From a virus (taxonomy: Duplodnaviria > Caudoviricetes): a stretch of DNA of 35,685 nucleotides. The position numbers and the translations under genes are program-made. Below, in pieces: positions 10,510-19,976 of this stretch. The stretch's first letter is position 1; every line of letters starts with the position of its first letter. Where the stretch lies: positions 1-35,685 of the IMG/VR virus record IMGVR_UViG_3300048579_000427. One strand, given 5' to 3'. The notes beneath the pieces are model-generated. The model was not told the DNA's origin. It ran no database searches and saw only the letters and a program-made list of their open reading frames with translations.

Positions 10510-10868
10510 TATTTCCCCGGTTCCGGCAACTGAGCTTGTCGAAGTTCCGGGGCTTGCAGGTTTTTTGGTTCGTCAGTATTTTGAGTGGATTCTTCTGATA
10601 ACCTGATCTCTGAAAGTCTCAAAAAAACATCTTCAACATCGGGCTCCGAGTTGTCAATAAATTCCTCAAAACTGTCGGAAATTGGTGTACTTGCCCGTTT
10701 AGCGCAATCAACAAGGTTATAATAGATCAATGCCAGTGTGGCGGTTGTTTTGCCCTCTAACACGTCCTGAGTAGTAAAACCAGCATTCTCGAAATTTACC
10801 CGACCTCTGTTTGTTTTGTAAAAAGGAAAGGTCTGTCCTTTGTATTGTAAAGTTGTACGTGGCTCCAT
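10509..10868 (-). CDS. Tail assembly chaperone (gpG-like); start re-assigned to ATG 10868
   Basis: Follows tail tube; the track's longer N-terminus overlaps the tube gene and is translated heptamer repeats. Confidence 0.75.
   Translation of the reverse strand: MEPRTTLQYKGQTFPFYKTNRGRVNFENAGFTTQDVLEGKTTATLALIYYNLVDCAKRASTPISDSFEEFIDNSEPDVEDVFLRLSEIRLSEESTQNTDEPKNLQAPELRQAQLPEPGK
10560..10566 (-). promoter_or_regulatory. Programmed -1 frameshift heptamer A_AAA_AAC with downstream GC stem
   Basis: CCA AAA AAC in frame; CCCCGG...CCGGGG stem starts 7 nt downstream; -1 frame has no stop up to ATG 10509. Confidence 0.8.
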
Positions 10869-10869
10869 T

Positions 10870-10970
10870 TGAATGATAAATGATGAATGATAAATGATAA
10901 ATTGTTGTTGCGGGTTACAAGTTGCAGGTTGCGGGAAAACCCGTAACTCGCAACTCGTAACTCGTAACAA
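10870..10970. repeat. Short heptamer tandem repeats ((A/G)AATGAT; AACTCG(C/T) with inverted counterpart)
   Basis: gaatgataaatgatgaatgataaatgataaa; gttacaagttgcaggttgcgg...ccgtaactcgcaactcgtaactcgtaac. Confidence 0.7.
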
Positions 10971-10971
10971 A

Positions 10972-11460
10972 TTAAGGCGCTGCAACAGTTTCAACAGTTA
11001 CGGCCAGCGAATTTTCGAAAGTAGCCGTCATCGTAGAGTCTTCGCCTTTTTTGTCGTTGCGACTTACTTTTGTAATAATGAAATTGCCTTTTTCGTATTT
11101 GTCGCCAGCCTGTTCAGCTACTTCGGCAGCTCCGGCAGTTACATCAGTAGCCGGACGGCCCGAGTATTTCAACATCACTTCGGTTCCTGCAAGTTGCTTT
11201 TCGCGAAGCGTAAAATAGTTAAAACCCGTACCGGGATAAGTAGCCAATGCCGAAACATTGATTGTAGTTGTTTGCTCACCTGCACGTTTTTGAGCCGATT
11301 TCCCGGTATCCTTTGTTTTCCGTGTGCGCAGTTCGGTCGAGTGCTCTATCGAGCATTCAGTGCAATGAAATGCGGGCGTCCAGGTCGGTGTTTGCGTGTT
11401 TGAGGTGTTGAGATATACCAGGATATCGCCACCGTCGATAATTCCAGTGTTTGCTGCCAT
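10972..11460 (-). CDS. Major tail tube protein (TP901-1-like)
   Basis: 162 aa; IIDGGDILVY...TECSIEHSTELRTRKTKD...GNFIITKVSRN...STMTATFE; precedes chaperones and TMP. Confidence 0.8.
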   Translation of the reverse strand: MAANTGIIDGGDILVYLNTSNTQTPTWTPAFHCTECSIEHSTELRTRKTKDTGKSAQKRAGEQTTTINVSALATYPGTGFNYFTLREKQLAGTEVMLKYSGRPATDVTAGAAEVAEQAGDKYEKGNFIITKVSRNDKKGEDSTMTATFENSLAVTVETVAAP

Positions 11461-11461
11461 C

Positions 11462-11878
11462 TTATTGCTTTTTAATGAGTTTTGTAAAAAACTTGACTAC
11501 ACCGGTATCATAAAGCAGGTTAGCAAATACGCCAAACAGGCCCGCATAGAAAATAATCCAAATTGCACCTGTATTTTCAAATACTCCTGTATTTGTTAAC
11601 CAGGCCAAAACGGTTAATAAAAAGGCAACCATCCACGATAACGATACCGCAAAAAATCCTTTAAAAACATCCGGCAATTTAAGTTTCAAAAATTGTGTAA
11701 CGGCTGCTATCCAGACGCTCATAATCAAAATTGACGTAAAAAGCGTCAATGGATTAACCAGCACTACAACGGGCTGTACAGTTTTAGTTACTTCCTGTGC
11801 AGTTACAGGACTTGCAAAAACAAGCATTGCAATCATTCCGAAAAGCAATGCTGAAAAAAGTTTTAAATAAGCTTTCAT
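11462..11878 (-). CDS. Multi-pass membrane protein, holin-like
   Basis: N-terminal signal-like segment plus about 3 hydrophobic helices and basic C-terminus; in lysis cassette. Confidence 0.5.
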   Translation of the reverse strand: MKAYLKLFSALLFGMIAMLVFASPVTAQEVTKTVQPVVVLVNPLTLFTSILIMSVWIAAVTQFLKLKLPDVFKGFFAVSLSWMVAFLLTVLAWLTNTGVFENTGAIWIIFYAGLFGVFANLLYDTGVVKFFTKLIKKQ

Positions 11879-11884
11879 AACTAT

Positions 11885-12355
11885 TTAATTAAGATTTAAA
11901 CGTTTCTTCAATAATCTGATAAGCAAGTAAATTAGGATTGAGGCCAGAAACAACCGCCCGGCATAAATCTGAACAATCTGCCAGTTTGTTAATTCATTAA
12001 CCTGAACCGGTACCTTAACAGGCACTTCTTTATAGATAACAGAGTCTTTTGCTTCAACACGGACTGTATCGTGAACAACAAAAGCATGATAATCGAGAAT
12101 TCCACCCTGAAAATTTGTTTGAGATGAAATTCCAGGCGTCTTATGTTCCGAAATCGATTTTAAAACAACCTGATTAAGCGAGTCGCACTCAAACATGGCT
12201 TTCATGCGAATGCTGTCATCGTTTGTTTTTACCTTAACCAATCGGGTTATAACTTTTTCTTTGTACTGAATAGGCACTTCAACAACTTGTTTTTGTGTTT
12301 TGCACCCGACTGCCAGAGCGAATAGTAGCGCAATAATCAATATTTTAAGCTTCAT
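11885..12355 (-). CDS. Lipoprotein with C-terminal TM helix, candidate unimolecular spanin
   Basis: Lipobox LAVG-C18, beta-rich middle, C-terminal TM (IYAGRLFLASILIYLLI) then KKR. Confidence 0.6.
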   Translation of the reverse strand: MKLKILIIALLFALAVGCKTQKQVVEVPIQYKEKVITRLVKVKTNDDSIRMKAMFECDSLNQVVLKSISEHKTPGISSQTNFQGGILDYHAFVVHDTVRVEAKDSVIYKEVPVKVPVQVNELTNWQIVQIYAGRLFLASILIYLLIRLLKKRLNLN

Positions 12356-12587
12356 TTTTTACCTCCTGTTTAATTTCGTTTTTCTTCTGTGCAAATAAAA
12401 AAGCCATTGCCGGCCCGGCAATTGTGATAAAGATTGTTCCGGCTGCTGTAGCTGCCGTCATAATGTCGTTTCGACCAAAAAAAAGCACCTCCTGAGCAAA
12501 CACCAAGGCAACCATAATCACGATAAAACCAATCAACCGGCTACTGCTTTGATTGCCTGATATGCTTTGAAAAAATGATGTTTTCAT
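12345..12587 (-). CDS. Two-TM holin-like protein
   Basis: 80 aa, SSSRL motif before TM1, two TM helices, charged C-terminus, adjacent to endolysin. Confidence 0.6.
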   Translation of the reverse strand: MKTSFFQSISGNQSSSRLIGFIVIMVALVFAQEVLFFGRNDIMTAATAAGTIFITIAGPAMAFLFAQKKNEIKQEVKNEA

Positions 12588-12594
12588 GTTGACG

Positions 12595-13197
12595 TTAAAC
12601 GCGGTTTAGCCAACCGAAGAAATATACTTCCTGTTCTGGTTTTGCCTCACATATTGCAACATAGCGGGTAAATTGCAGTCCGTTCATTGCTTTGAGCAAC
12701 GTTGAAATAACCCGCTCTGTCGAACGTCCCGGAAAAGCAGAAGTAAACATGTAAGCCGTAAAAGCTTTAATAGTTGCCGGACCAATCGATCCATCTTCAT
12801 TGATATCAGAGTAATGTTTTTGGTTATTATTCAACAAGTTTAAGGCTTGCTGAAAATATTGAACGGCCTTTACTGCACCCTGATTGATAGCGGTATCAAA
12901 TAATTCATCAGCAATTTCCTGAATGTTGATTTCATTAAATTTCAGGTTGTCGTAGAAATTAGCCTGGTAAAATTCCTGAACCATCTCTTCCAGTTCCTCG
13001 TCGGCGCGTAGCGCTTTTACCAGATCAACAGCATTAACAGCCCGTTTAATTGAATCAATTACAAGCCATCCCTCCCAGGTTGGCCAATTTTTGCGCGAAA
13101 TTCCCTTCCAGGTTTCGCCGCCCAAATCGCGAGGATCGTTCGAATATTGCCCTTCGTGGCACATCGATTTGTTATACGATACTTTGAAATCTGTCAT
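12595..13197 (-). CDS. Endolysin, glycoside hydrolase family 108 with peptidoglycan-binding domain
   Basis: HEGQYSNDPRDLGGETWKGIS; LFDTAINQG; DGSIGPAT; C-terminal FFGWLNRV. Confidence 0.9.
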   Translation of the reverse strand: MTDFKVSYNKSMCHEGQYSNDPRDLGGETWKGISRKNWPTWEGWLVIDSIKRAVNAVDLVKALRADEELEEMVQEFYQANFYDNLKFNEINIQEIADELFDTAINQGAVKAVQYFQQALNLLNNNQKHYSDINEDGSIGPATIKAFTAYMFTSAFPGRSTERVISTLLKAMNGLQFTRYVAICEAKPEQEVYFFGWLNRV

Positions 13198-13421
13198 TTT
13201 TCAGCGGTTTTATGTTCGTTCATTGCTTCACGAGCTTTTGATACAAATACGTTTTTCTTTTTTGAGAAAAATTGAACGGCTTTAGCAGCTACCCATTTAC
13301 CTAAGTAGGCAAAAGCGCCGGTTGCGAAAGCTATGCTAATCGAAACGAGAACATCGGTAAAAGCTGTCCAACTAATCAGGCCGGTAATTGCCCCGGCGAT
13401 GGGTTCAAAAAGTCGTTTCAT
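13194..13421 (-). CDS. Small membrane protein (holin/antiholin candidate)
   Basis: 75 aa, 1-2 TM segments, basic tail, overlaps endolysin start. Confidence 0.55.
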   Translation of the reverse strand: MKRLFEPIAGAITGLISWTAFTDVLVSISIAFATGAFAYLGKWVAAKAVQFFSKKKNVFVSKAREAMNEHKTAEK

Positions 13422-13435
13422 CTGTTGAGTTTTTT

Positions 13436-13478
13436 AAAAAAAGCCGGGATCGACAGGCTCACCCCACCGCCCGGCTTT
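13436..13478 (-). terminator. Putative intrinsic terminator after capsid gene
   Basis: AAAGCCGGG/CCCGGCTTT stem followed by T-run on minus strand. Confidence 0.55.
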
Positions 13479-13513
13479 CAGTCACAATTCAGAAAAGATA
13501 TCAGTATCAGGAT

Positions 13514-14461
13514 TTAAGCATTTTCTTCCAACAAGGCTACAACGCCTTTTTGATCTTTACGCGCCCAGCTTGCGCCAAAACGGGTCCATGTTTCGATGAT
13601 GGTAGCACCCAGGTAGCCCGGAGCATTTGGGTTAATCGATGTCTTAACCATACCCTCTGCGCTGGCAACCATCTTGTCGTGCCAGAACAAAGCCGTCGGG
13701 CAATCAGTGCTTACAATGTCGGTATCGATTGCTTTTTTAGCGTACGCGCTCGAATACAGCAAACCGGTACTTTGATCGTCGGTTGAACGAATCATCAGTT
13801 CAATGCCCATGATGCGGCCAATGATGCCCAATTCCAGCTTCGAAGTGTTACCCGTTTTGTCGTAATCAACAAATTCGGCAATGCCCAGCAAATCGCTATA
13901 AAAATCGGCAGTAACAAGCCCGTAGAAATTACCGGCCATACCCGACAGGTTCATGCGCATCAACAGGTTTTGCACCTTGATCATATCAGCTTTGGTTACA
14001 GCTTTGCGATTAGCAATTGCACTGCCGGTAGCGGCCACTACGTTTGATGCGCGGCTGGCTCCTGATGTTTTCAGTATTTGAGCGGCGGCAGTTGGTCCCC
14101 AGCCAATGGCGGCAATGGTTGCGCAGCGGGTATTAATCGTACCGGCTTGCTGTACCTGTTTGGCAGCGCGCTTGTTGTAATTCAATGCAAATTCGCCGGG
14201 CAGATCAACCGCAATTGGCGGAGCATACACCAGGTCGGTAGTGTAATAATCAGAATCGTCGCGGGCAACATTGACCTGAAGGGGCAACGAGGCCGGTTTG
14301 CCGGATTTTGCTGCCGAAATACTGCCCTGAACAGGGCGTTCAACGCGTTCGGTAGTGTCTGCAATTCCGGTTTCCTGGATTGCTTTTTTGTAGAATGAAT
14401 TGTCGGGAAACAATTGAACCTGTAACTCCGACGAGTACTTAATAGGATTAATTTCAGCCAT
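13514..14461 (-). CDS. Major capsid protein (HK97 fold likely)
   Basis: 315 aa downstream of Clp protease; GLVTADFYSDLL...GIIGRIMGIELM...RFGASWARKDQKGVV pattern. Confidence 0.8.
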   Translation of the reverse strand: MAEINPIKYSSELQVQLFPDNSFYKKAIQETGIADTTERVERPVQGSISAAKSGKPASLPLQVNVARDDSDYYTTDLVYAPPIAVDLPGEFALNYNKRAAKQVQQAGTINTRCATIAAIGWGPTAAAQILKTSGASRASNVVAATGSAIANRKAVTKADMIKVQNLLMRMNLSGMAGNFYGLVTADFYSDLLGIAEFVDYDKTGNTSKLELGIIGRIMGIELMIRSTDDQSTGLLYSSAYAKKAIDTDIVSTDCPTALFWHDKMVASAEGMVKTSINPNAPGYLGATIIETWTRFGASWARKDQKGVVALLEENA

Positions 14462-14475
14462 TTTATAGATTTTTA

Positions 14476-14596
14476 GAGGCCTCCCCCAACCCCCTCCAAA
14501 AGAGGGGGCTTTAAGAAAAGCCGTTTGTTTTTAACTATCTTTTACTCAATGCACCTTCTTTACCCCTCCCCTTCGGGGAGGGCTGGGGTGGGGCTT
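14476..14596. repeat. Inverted pair of GC-rich REP-like palindromes (CCCCTCC...GAGGGG family)
   Basis: 14476-14511 and 14563-14596; same family as 19847-19878, 21527-21660, 22103-22206. Confidence 0.75.
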
Positions 14597-14597
14597 C

Positions 14598-14939
14598 TTA
14601 ATCGATTTGAATAAATGCGCCAGCTTCAACGAAATTGGTGCCGTCGTAGAAGAATGAAACCACATTGGTTTTTCCAGCTACTCCCGTAATGGTAGCACCC
14701 TGCATTTTAGTTCCAAAAATGGTAGTTTCGGTAGCGGCTGTTTTGCTTTTGACAAACAAGCGGGCACCTGCGCTTACCGATGCAGCTACAGTGAGGTTAA
14801 GCGTACGGTTGCCCGTAGCTGGAACGGTCACACCATCAACGATAGTCATATCGTTTACAATGTCGATTGCCTGCGCACCGGTTGCGGTGAGCTGTACAGT
14901 TGTTGCGGGGCCAAACGGCCATTTAATAATTTCAGCCAT
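14598..14939 (-). CDS. Small beta-rich structural protein (head decoration candidate)
   Basis: 113 aa, Thr/Ala/Val/Gly-rich, between protease and capsid genes. Confidence 0.5.
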   Translation of the reverse strand: MAEIIKWPFGPATTVQLTATGAQAIDIVNDMTIVDGVTVPATGNRTLNLTVAASVSAGARLFVKSKTAATETTIFGTKMQGATITGVAGKTNVVSFFYDGTNFVEAGAFIQID

Positions 14940-14958
14940 ATCTTTGCTTTTTTAAAGA

Positions 14959-16041
14959 TTATTCGTATTGAGCCTGGTCTTTAGCCACCAGTTGGGCAAA
15001 CTTTTCCGGCTCCTGAACTTCCATGCGGGCCAGCGCCTTCGGATCGTTCTTTTCATACCATCCAAAATCCTTTTCAGTACCGACAGTGGCGGTGGCTGAA
15101 CCTGTCGAAGCCTTGGCGGCGGCAACCAGATCGCTCATGCGGGCCTGTGGTGTTTTGGGAGTTTGCTCTTTCGACCCGAGTTTTTCCTCGTCAATCAGTT
15201 CGCAGAAAGATTCGGGATCGGCTTTGGCCAATGCCCGCATGGCTTTCTCTGTTTTATCGGTTACAATGCCGGTTTTTTTGCCGACAGCCATAAGCTTATC
15301 GATCAGCTTTTCGTTTAAATCGACCGGAGTCGATGGCGTAAGCTTTGCGATTGCTTCAACTACCTGATCTTCGGTAGCATCCTCGGCAAGGCCGAGCTTT
15401 GCAATTACTTTCTTCATTTTTACAGGATTATTTGTTTTTAACTCATCGGTTAATTTTGCTACAAGCTGAAGGGGTGAGAGCGCGGCTAAATCCATTTTTC
15501 GGCCTGTGACCGCAATTTCATCAACCAATTTTGCAGTAAAAGCTTCATCGGCAGTAAACCAGGTATCCGTTTTCATCATCCGGTTTACCTCGTCGGTTGA
15601 TATTCCGCGTTTGCTAAGAAGAGATACAAGCGTATCTTTCAGCATTCCGAGGCTTTTCTGATCTTTAGCGCTGAGTGTTTTTATTTTATCGCCATTCTCA
15701 TCTACATAATAAGGCGAATGAATCATCACTTTTGCATAGTCGTTGATAATGACTTTATCAGCAGCGGCAAGGATAACCGCAGCCATCGAGGCAGCTATGC
15801 CATCAATCTGTGCAATAATAGTTGCCGGACTGGCCAGCATTTCAGCTACTATACTTAAGCCTTGAGAAATTGAACCGCCGTTTGAATTGATGCGAATTTT
15901 AATTTCGTCGTAGTTTTGTCCTAGCCAATTTAATTCACGTGCGAAATCGTGTCCGTTGATGCCTTCGCCCAGTTCGCCGTAAAGCATCATTTCGCATTTT
16001 CGCTTATCCAAACCCACTATTTTTGTGAAATTCAATTCCAT
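14959..16041 (-). CDS. ClpP-type head maturation protease with C-terminal scaffold region (start re-assigned to ATG 16041)
   Basis: RINSNGG, IDGIAASMAAVI (catalytic Ser), VMIHSP (His), DTWFTADEA. Confidence 0.9.
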   Translation of the reverse strand: MELNFTKIVGLDKRKCEMMLYGELGEGINGHDFARELNWLGQNYDEIKIRINSNGGSISQGLSIVAEMLASPATIIAQIDGIAASMAAVILAAADKVIINDYAKVMIHSPYYVDENGDKIKTLSAKDQKSLGMLKDTLVSLLSKRGISTDEVNRMMKTDTWFTADEAFTAKLVDEIAVTGRKMDLAALSPLQLVAKLTDELKTNNPVKMKKVIAKLGLAEDATEDQVVEAIAKLTPSTPVDLNEKLIDKLMAVGKKTGIVTDKTEKAMRALAKADPESFCELIDEEKLGSKEQTPKTPQARMSDLVAAAKASTGSATATVGTEKDFGWYEKNDPKALARMEVQEPEKFAQLVAKDQAQYE

Positions 16042-16212
16042 AATTCCGAAATTTTTATAAACCTTTGTTGCGGTTTTGCATTCCAAAAGTCCAAACATTT
16101 TTTTGATAAAATCGGAAAGTGTCCAACCGTAAAACGTTACTATCCAACTGTTTTACAAATTCAGCTAAAGCATAGAATTAATATCCATTTTTGAGCTGAA
16201 AAACAGCGAAAA

Positions 16213-16692
16213 ATGGCAGTTACCAAAAACTCAGCAATAGAAGTTTTATTTAAAGATGGGTGGGATCAAAAGGATATTGCCCGCATTCTCAAATTATCGG
16301 AAGTAACCGTGTCGCGCTATGCGACTGAGCGCGGACTTCGTAAAAAACGAGCTATGCACTCGCTTGCAAGGCAAACGTCAGAGGAAAACTCTTTGATTGC
16401 GCTGGAACATCAATCGACTATTATTCGCATGATGGCTGAAAAGCTAAAAGGTGCTTTAAGCGAAGAGCCCGACATGGACGAGCTTAAAGCTGCTTTGCTG
16501 CCTAAAGGTGAGATTGACGCCTTGCAAAAGTTGTTTACTACTATTAAAGGTAAGGAACTCGAATGGTCTGCAGTAGTGAAGATTATTCGTGAATTTACTT
16601 CTTATTTAAAAGAAGTTGCGCCGGAAAAAGCTCAGGGCATAGTTGATCATGCCGATGATTACATCAACGAAAAGCGGAGGGTTATGTCATGA
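16213..16692 (+). CDS. Putative terminase small subunit (N-terminal HTH)
   Basis: QKDIARILKLSEVTVSRY HTH; overlaps large terminase start (ATGA). Confidence 0.7.
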   Translation: MAVTKNSAIEVLFKDGWDQKDIARILKLSEVTVSRYATERGLRKKRAMHSLARQTSEENSLIALEHQSTIIRMMAEKLKGALSEEPDMDELKAALLPKGEIDALQKLFTTIKGKELEWSAVVKIIREFTSYLKEVAPEKAQGIVDHADDYINEKRRVMS

Positions 16693-18293
16693 CCGGCATT
16701 ATGCGCTTAAAGGAAAAGCAGGAATACGAGGCATGGCTCAAAGAGAAAGCAGCTATTAAACGCCTTAGCCCTGAAAGCCGCGAAAACGACGAGGCGAAAA
16801 AAAAACGTATTACCGACCTGCTGAAACCAGGTCATGAGCCGCAATTTGCCCGGTATTATCTTGCCCATCTAATTGATTCAGAATTTGGGTATTTCCAGAA
16901 ACGCGATATGAAAAAGGTTAGTGAAGAATCTGACCTGATGGCATTAATGGAATATCCCCGTGAACACGCGAAAAGCACCATTTTTGGCACTGTAATGCCC
17001 ATGATCCTTTTAGCACGGACAATTTACTTACATACAAATGATTTTACAGGTTGTGTTTTAGGATCGGCGACTGAACCGAAAGCCGATAAATTGTTAGCCG
17101 ATTTGCAAAGTGAATTGATGTTTAATAAGCGTTACATCGATGATTTTGGCGAACATTACGGATCAGGTAAGTGGACTGAAGGCTTTTTTGTTTCTACCCA
17201 AGGGTTTGGGTTTTGGGCATTTGGCCGGGGGCAAAGTCCTCGCGGCATTAAAGAGGCTGCATTTCGCCCAAACTATGGGCTTATCGATGATATTGACGAT
17301 AAGAAGCTTGTCAAAAATGAAGAATTAGTTGACGAGGTTCTTGAATGGATGCTGGAGGACTTTTATGGATGTTTGCCGCTGAAGGGTAGCCGGTTTATCA
17401 TGATTGGTAACCGTATTCACCGCAAATCAGTACTAGCTAAATTTGCGGGCGATATCGATGAAGATGACCCAATTCGTGAAGGTTTATACCACTCCAAAGT
17501 TTATGCGCTTGAAAACCCAAAGACGCATAAAATGGACTTATCAGAAAAAGGCGTTCCAGCTTGGAAGGAACGATATACCTACGAAATGCTGTGGACGAAA
17601 ATAAACCGAATGGGTCGCCGTAGCGGGTTAAAAGAATACTTCCATCAGCACATTATTTTAGGTAAGGTTTTCAAAGAGGAACATTTGCCCTGGGAAGATA
17701 TGTTACCACTAAACGAGTACGATTGCCTGATTACCTATAACGATCCATCATATAAAAACTCAATGACAAGCGATTGCAAAGCCATTGGATTGATCGGTAA
17801 AAAAGGAAGGTATTTCGACATTATCGACGTTTTCGACCGCCAGTGTTCAACTGCTGAAATGGTACGCGGCCATTACGCCATAGCCTCACAGGTACCATCC
17901 TATTTGGATTGCAGACACTATATGGAAGCCAATTTTATCCAGGATTTAATGCTCGAAGAATACTTTAGATATGGCGAGCAAAATCCGCCAATCCTCCGCA
18001 TCCGGGGCGATAAGCGCAAAAAACCGGACAAGGAAGTTCGTATTGAAAACCTGACTCCGCTTACTGAACAATGCCATATCCGTTTCAACCGTAAGCTAAA
18101 GCATAAACCCGATATGATTACCCTGCGTGATCAGTTTCTGGGGTTCCCGGACAAACGAATTAAAGACGATGGGCCTGATATGGTGGAGGGTGGTATATTC
18201 ATTCTCGATAAGAAGAAAGGCAAGCCAGGCAAGGGTGACCGATCAGTCAAAACCGGCCAGTATGATCGTAATAACGAACGTTCAATTTATTAA
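16689..18293 (+). CDS. Terminase large subunit (Mu gp28-like)
   Basis: PREHAKST Walker A variant, LIDDIDD Walker B, YNDPS and DDGPD nuclease motifs. Confidence 0.9.
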   Translation: MTGIMRLKEKQEYEAWLKEKAAIKRLSPESRENDEAKKKRITDLLKPGHEPQFARYYLAHLIDSEFGYFQKRDMKKVSEESDLMALMEYPREHAKSTIFGTVMPMILLARTIYLHTNDFTGCVLGSATEPKADKLLADLQSELMFNKRYIDDFGEHYGSGKWTEGFFVSTQGFGFWAFGRGQSPRGIKEAAFRPNYGLIDDIDDKKLVKNEELVDEVLEWMLEDFYGCLPLKGSRFIMIGNRIHRKSVLAKFAGDIDEDDPIREGLYHSKVYALENPKTHKMDLSEKGVPAWKERYTYEMLWTKINRMGRRSGLKEYFHQHIILGKVFKEEHLPWEDMLPLNEYDCLITYNDPSYKNSMTSDCKAIGLIGKKGRYFDIIDVFDRQCSTAEMVRGHYAIASQVPSYLDCRHYMEANFIQDLMLEEYFRYGEQNPPILRIRGDKRKKPDKEVRIENLTPLTEQCHIRFNRKLKHKPDMITLRDQFLGFPDKRIKDDGPDMVEGGIFILDKKKGKPGKGDRSVKTGQYDRNNERSIY

Positions 18294-18303
18294 TTGATAT
18301 ACC

Positions 18304-18726
18304 ATGCAATTCTTAACTGAAAACGATTTTAAAGGCATCATCGGTGCCAACACACTTACACAATTGCGGGGCGTTGGCGATGCTGATTTAAATATTGCCG
18401 AAAGCCTGTCGATATCGGAGCTTGATCCGCTTCGGGCTAAGTTCAATATATCGGTTGAGCTGACTAAGTCAGATACTGAACGTAACCCGGTGATAATTCG
18501 CCTAATGGTGCATATTACTGCCTACTATCTGTATAATACGGTTGAAGATGCAGACATTCCCGAACGCATTACCGAAAACTATAAACAGCAGGTGCGCGAC
18601 ATCGAAAAGTTTGCAAACGGGTCAAAAGCTTGCTCACTGACTCCACTGATTGATGAAACAACCCAGGCGCCTAAAAGCAACTACCGTTTTGGTGGAGATG
18701 CTCCACGTAATAATGACATTTTTTAA
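18304..18726 (+). CDS. Mu gp36-like (DUF1320) head-tail adaptor
   Basis: 140 aa; MQFLTENDF start, RNPVIIRLMVHITAYYLY, PERITENY; synteny. Confidence 0.75.
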   Translation: MQFLTENDFKGIIGANTLTQLRGVGDADLNIAESLSISELDPLRAKFNISVELTKSDTERNPVIIRLMVHITAYYLYNTVEDADIPERITENYKQQVRDIEKFANGSKACSLTPLIDETTQAPKSNYRFGGDAPRNNDIF

Positions 18727-18743
18727 TTTTAAATACACATACC

Positions 18744-19940
18744 ATGAAATTTTTTTGGCAAAAAAACATACAAAATGCGGCAACGCCACCAGCTACTCAA
18801 ACGCAAAATAAAAAACGAGGTAGCCGAAATTCCGACAATGTTAATTTGCCGCAACCCGAACGGGTTCAAATGGAATTAAGCAATTTAAGGCAAAACGTTG
18901 AATTTGCTAAAGATGTGTATAATCCAATTTGGTACGATTTGTATCGCATGTTCGAAAATACATTGACCGATTCGGAGGTAATTACCCAACGTAAGATTGC
19001 CATAAACAAGATAAAGGCGGAAAAATTCATCATTAGTAAAAATGGAGTTGACTCACCCGAATTAAGCGCTTTGTTTCAAAAGCCCTGGTTTATGCAGTTT
19101 CACGAATGTTTTGTCGATTCTGAATTATGGGGTTATCGCCCGGTTGAATTTGGGCAATTTGATGCTGAGAATCAGTTTATCGACTGCCGTTTATTCCCGG
19201 TTTTCAACATTTACCCGCACAATAAAAACATTATTCTAAATTACACAGATCGCGCTGGTATTCCATATGCCAATGACGATCCGGCCAAAGGTGAGTTGGT
19301 TAATCCATACGAGCTTTTTATACTCGAATTGGGCGATACCAAAAGCCTGGGATTGATTGAGCCTTTGACACGCGAGGTAATTATTAAGGCATTTGCAACT
19401 CGCGATTGGAACGAACATTCGGAGAAATGGGGACAACCACGCGAAATAATACAAACAGACGCAGAGGGTCCAGACCTTGACACAATTGAACGTGGAGCCC
19501 GTAACTTTGCGCGAAACGGTTATCAAATCGTTGGCTTAGACGATAAAGTCACGACGGTTGAAGCCTCGAACAATGGCACTGGCTATTTGATTTACGACAA
19601 AAATATCGACAGGCGCGATCAAAACATCGCCAAAATCATCAATGGCCAATATGGCACCGGCGCTGAAAAAGCGTTTGTTGGCACTGCCCAGGTTGCCGAA
19701 AATATACTTAACGATTTTCATCATTCAAGGCTTCGCGACGAGCAAAACGTAATCAATTATGAGTTAATTCCTTTCCTTATTTTCCACGGTTATCCGTTGC
19801 AAGGCTGCACAGGTCGTTTTCCCGTATTGGACGAAAAAACACAGGAAGCCCCCTCTAACTCCCCCGACGGGGGAGAACCAGCAACCCCCGGCAAAGCACA
19901 AAATAACGGTAAAAAAAAAAGGATGGTAGCGCCCTGGTAG
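18744..19940 (+). CDS. Portal protein (Mu gp29/DUF935-like)
   Basis: DWNEHSEKWGQP, IAKIINGQ, INYELIPFL motifs; lies between gp36-like and MuF. Confidence 0.85.
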   Translation: MKFFWQKNIQNAATPPATQTQNKKRGSRNSDNVNLPQPERVQMELSNLRQNVEFAKDVYNPIWYDLYRMFENTLTDSEVITQRKIAINKIKAEKFIISKNGVDSPELSALFQKPWFMQFHECFVDSELWGYRPVEFGQFDAENQFIDCRLFPVFNIYPHNKNIILNYTDRAGIPYANDDPAKGELVNPYELFILELGDTKSLGLIEPLTREVIIKAFATRDWNEHSEKWGQPREIIQTDAEGPDLDTIERGARNFARNGYQIVGLDDKVTTVEASNNGTGYLIYDKNIDRRDQNIAKIINGQYGTGAEKAFVGTAQVAENILNDFHHSRLRDEQNVINYELIPFLIFHGYPLQGCTGRFPVLDEKTQEAPSNSPDGGEPATPGKAQNNGKKKRMVAPW

Positions 19941-19976
19941 AGACAAGGCATGCCTTATCTCATGCATTGTCTCTAC
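19937..19976. repeat. GTAG-type REP-like hairpin at portal/MuF junction
   Basis: GTAGAGACAA-G-GCATG...CATGC-A-TTGTCTCTAC (10+5 bp stem). Confidence 0.75.

Noticed and set aside
10869-10994. N-terminal extension of the tail chaperone
   Set aside because: Translation of heptamer repeats (QPATCNPQ, IIYHSSFII) overlapping the tube gene.
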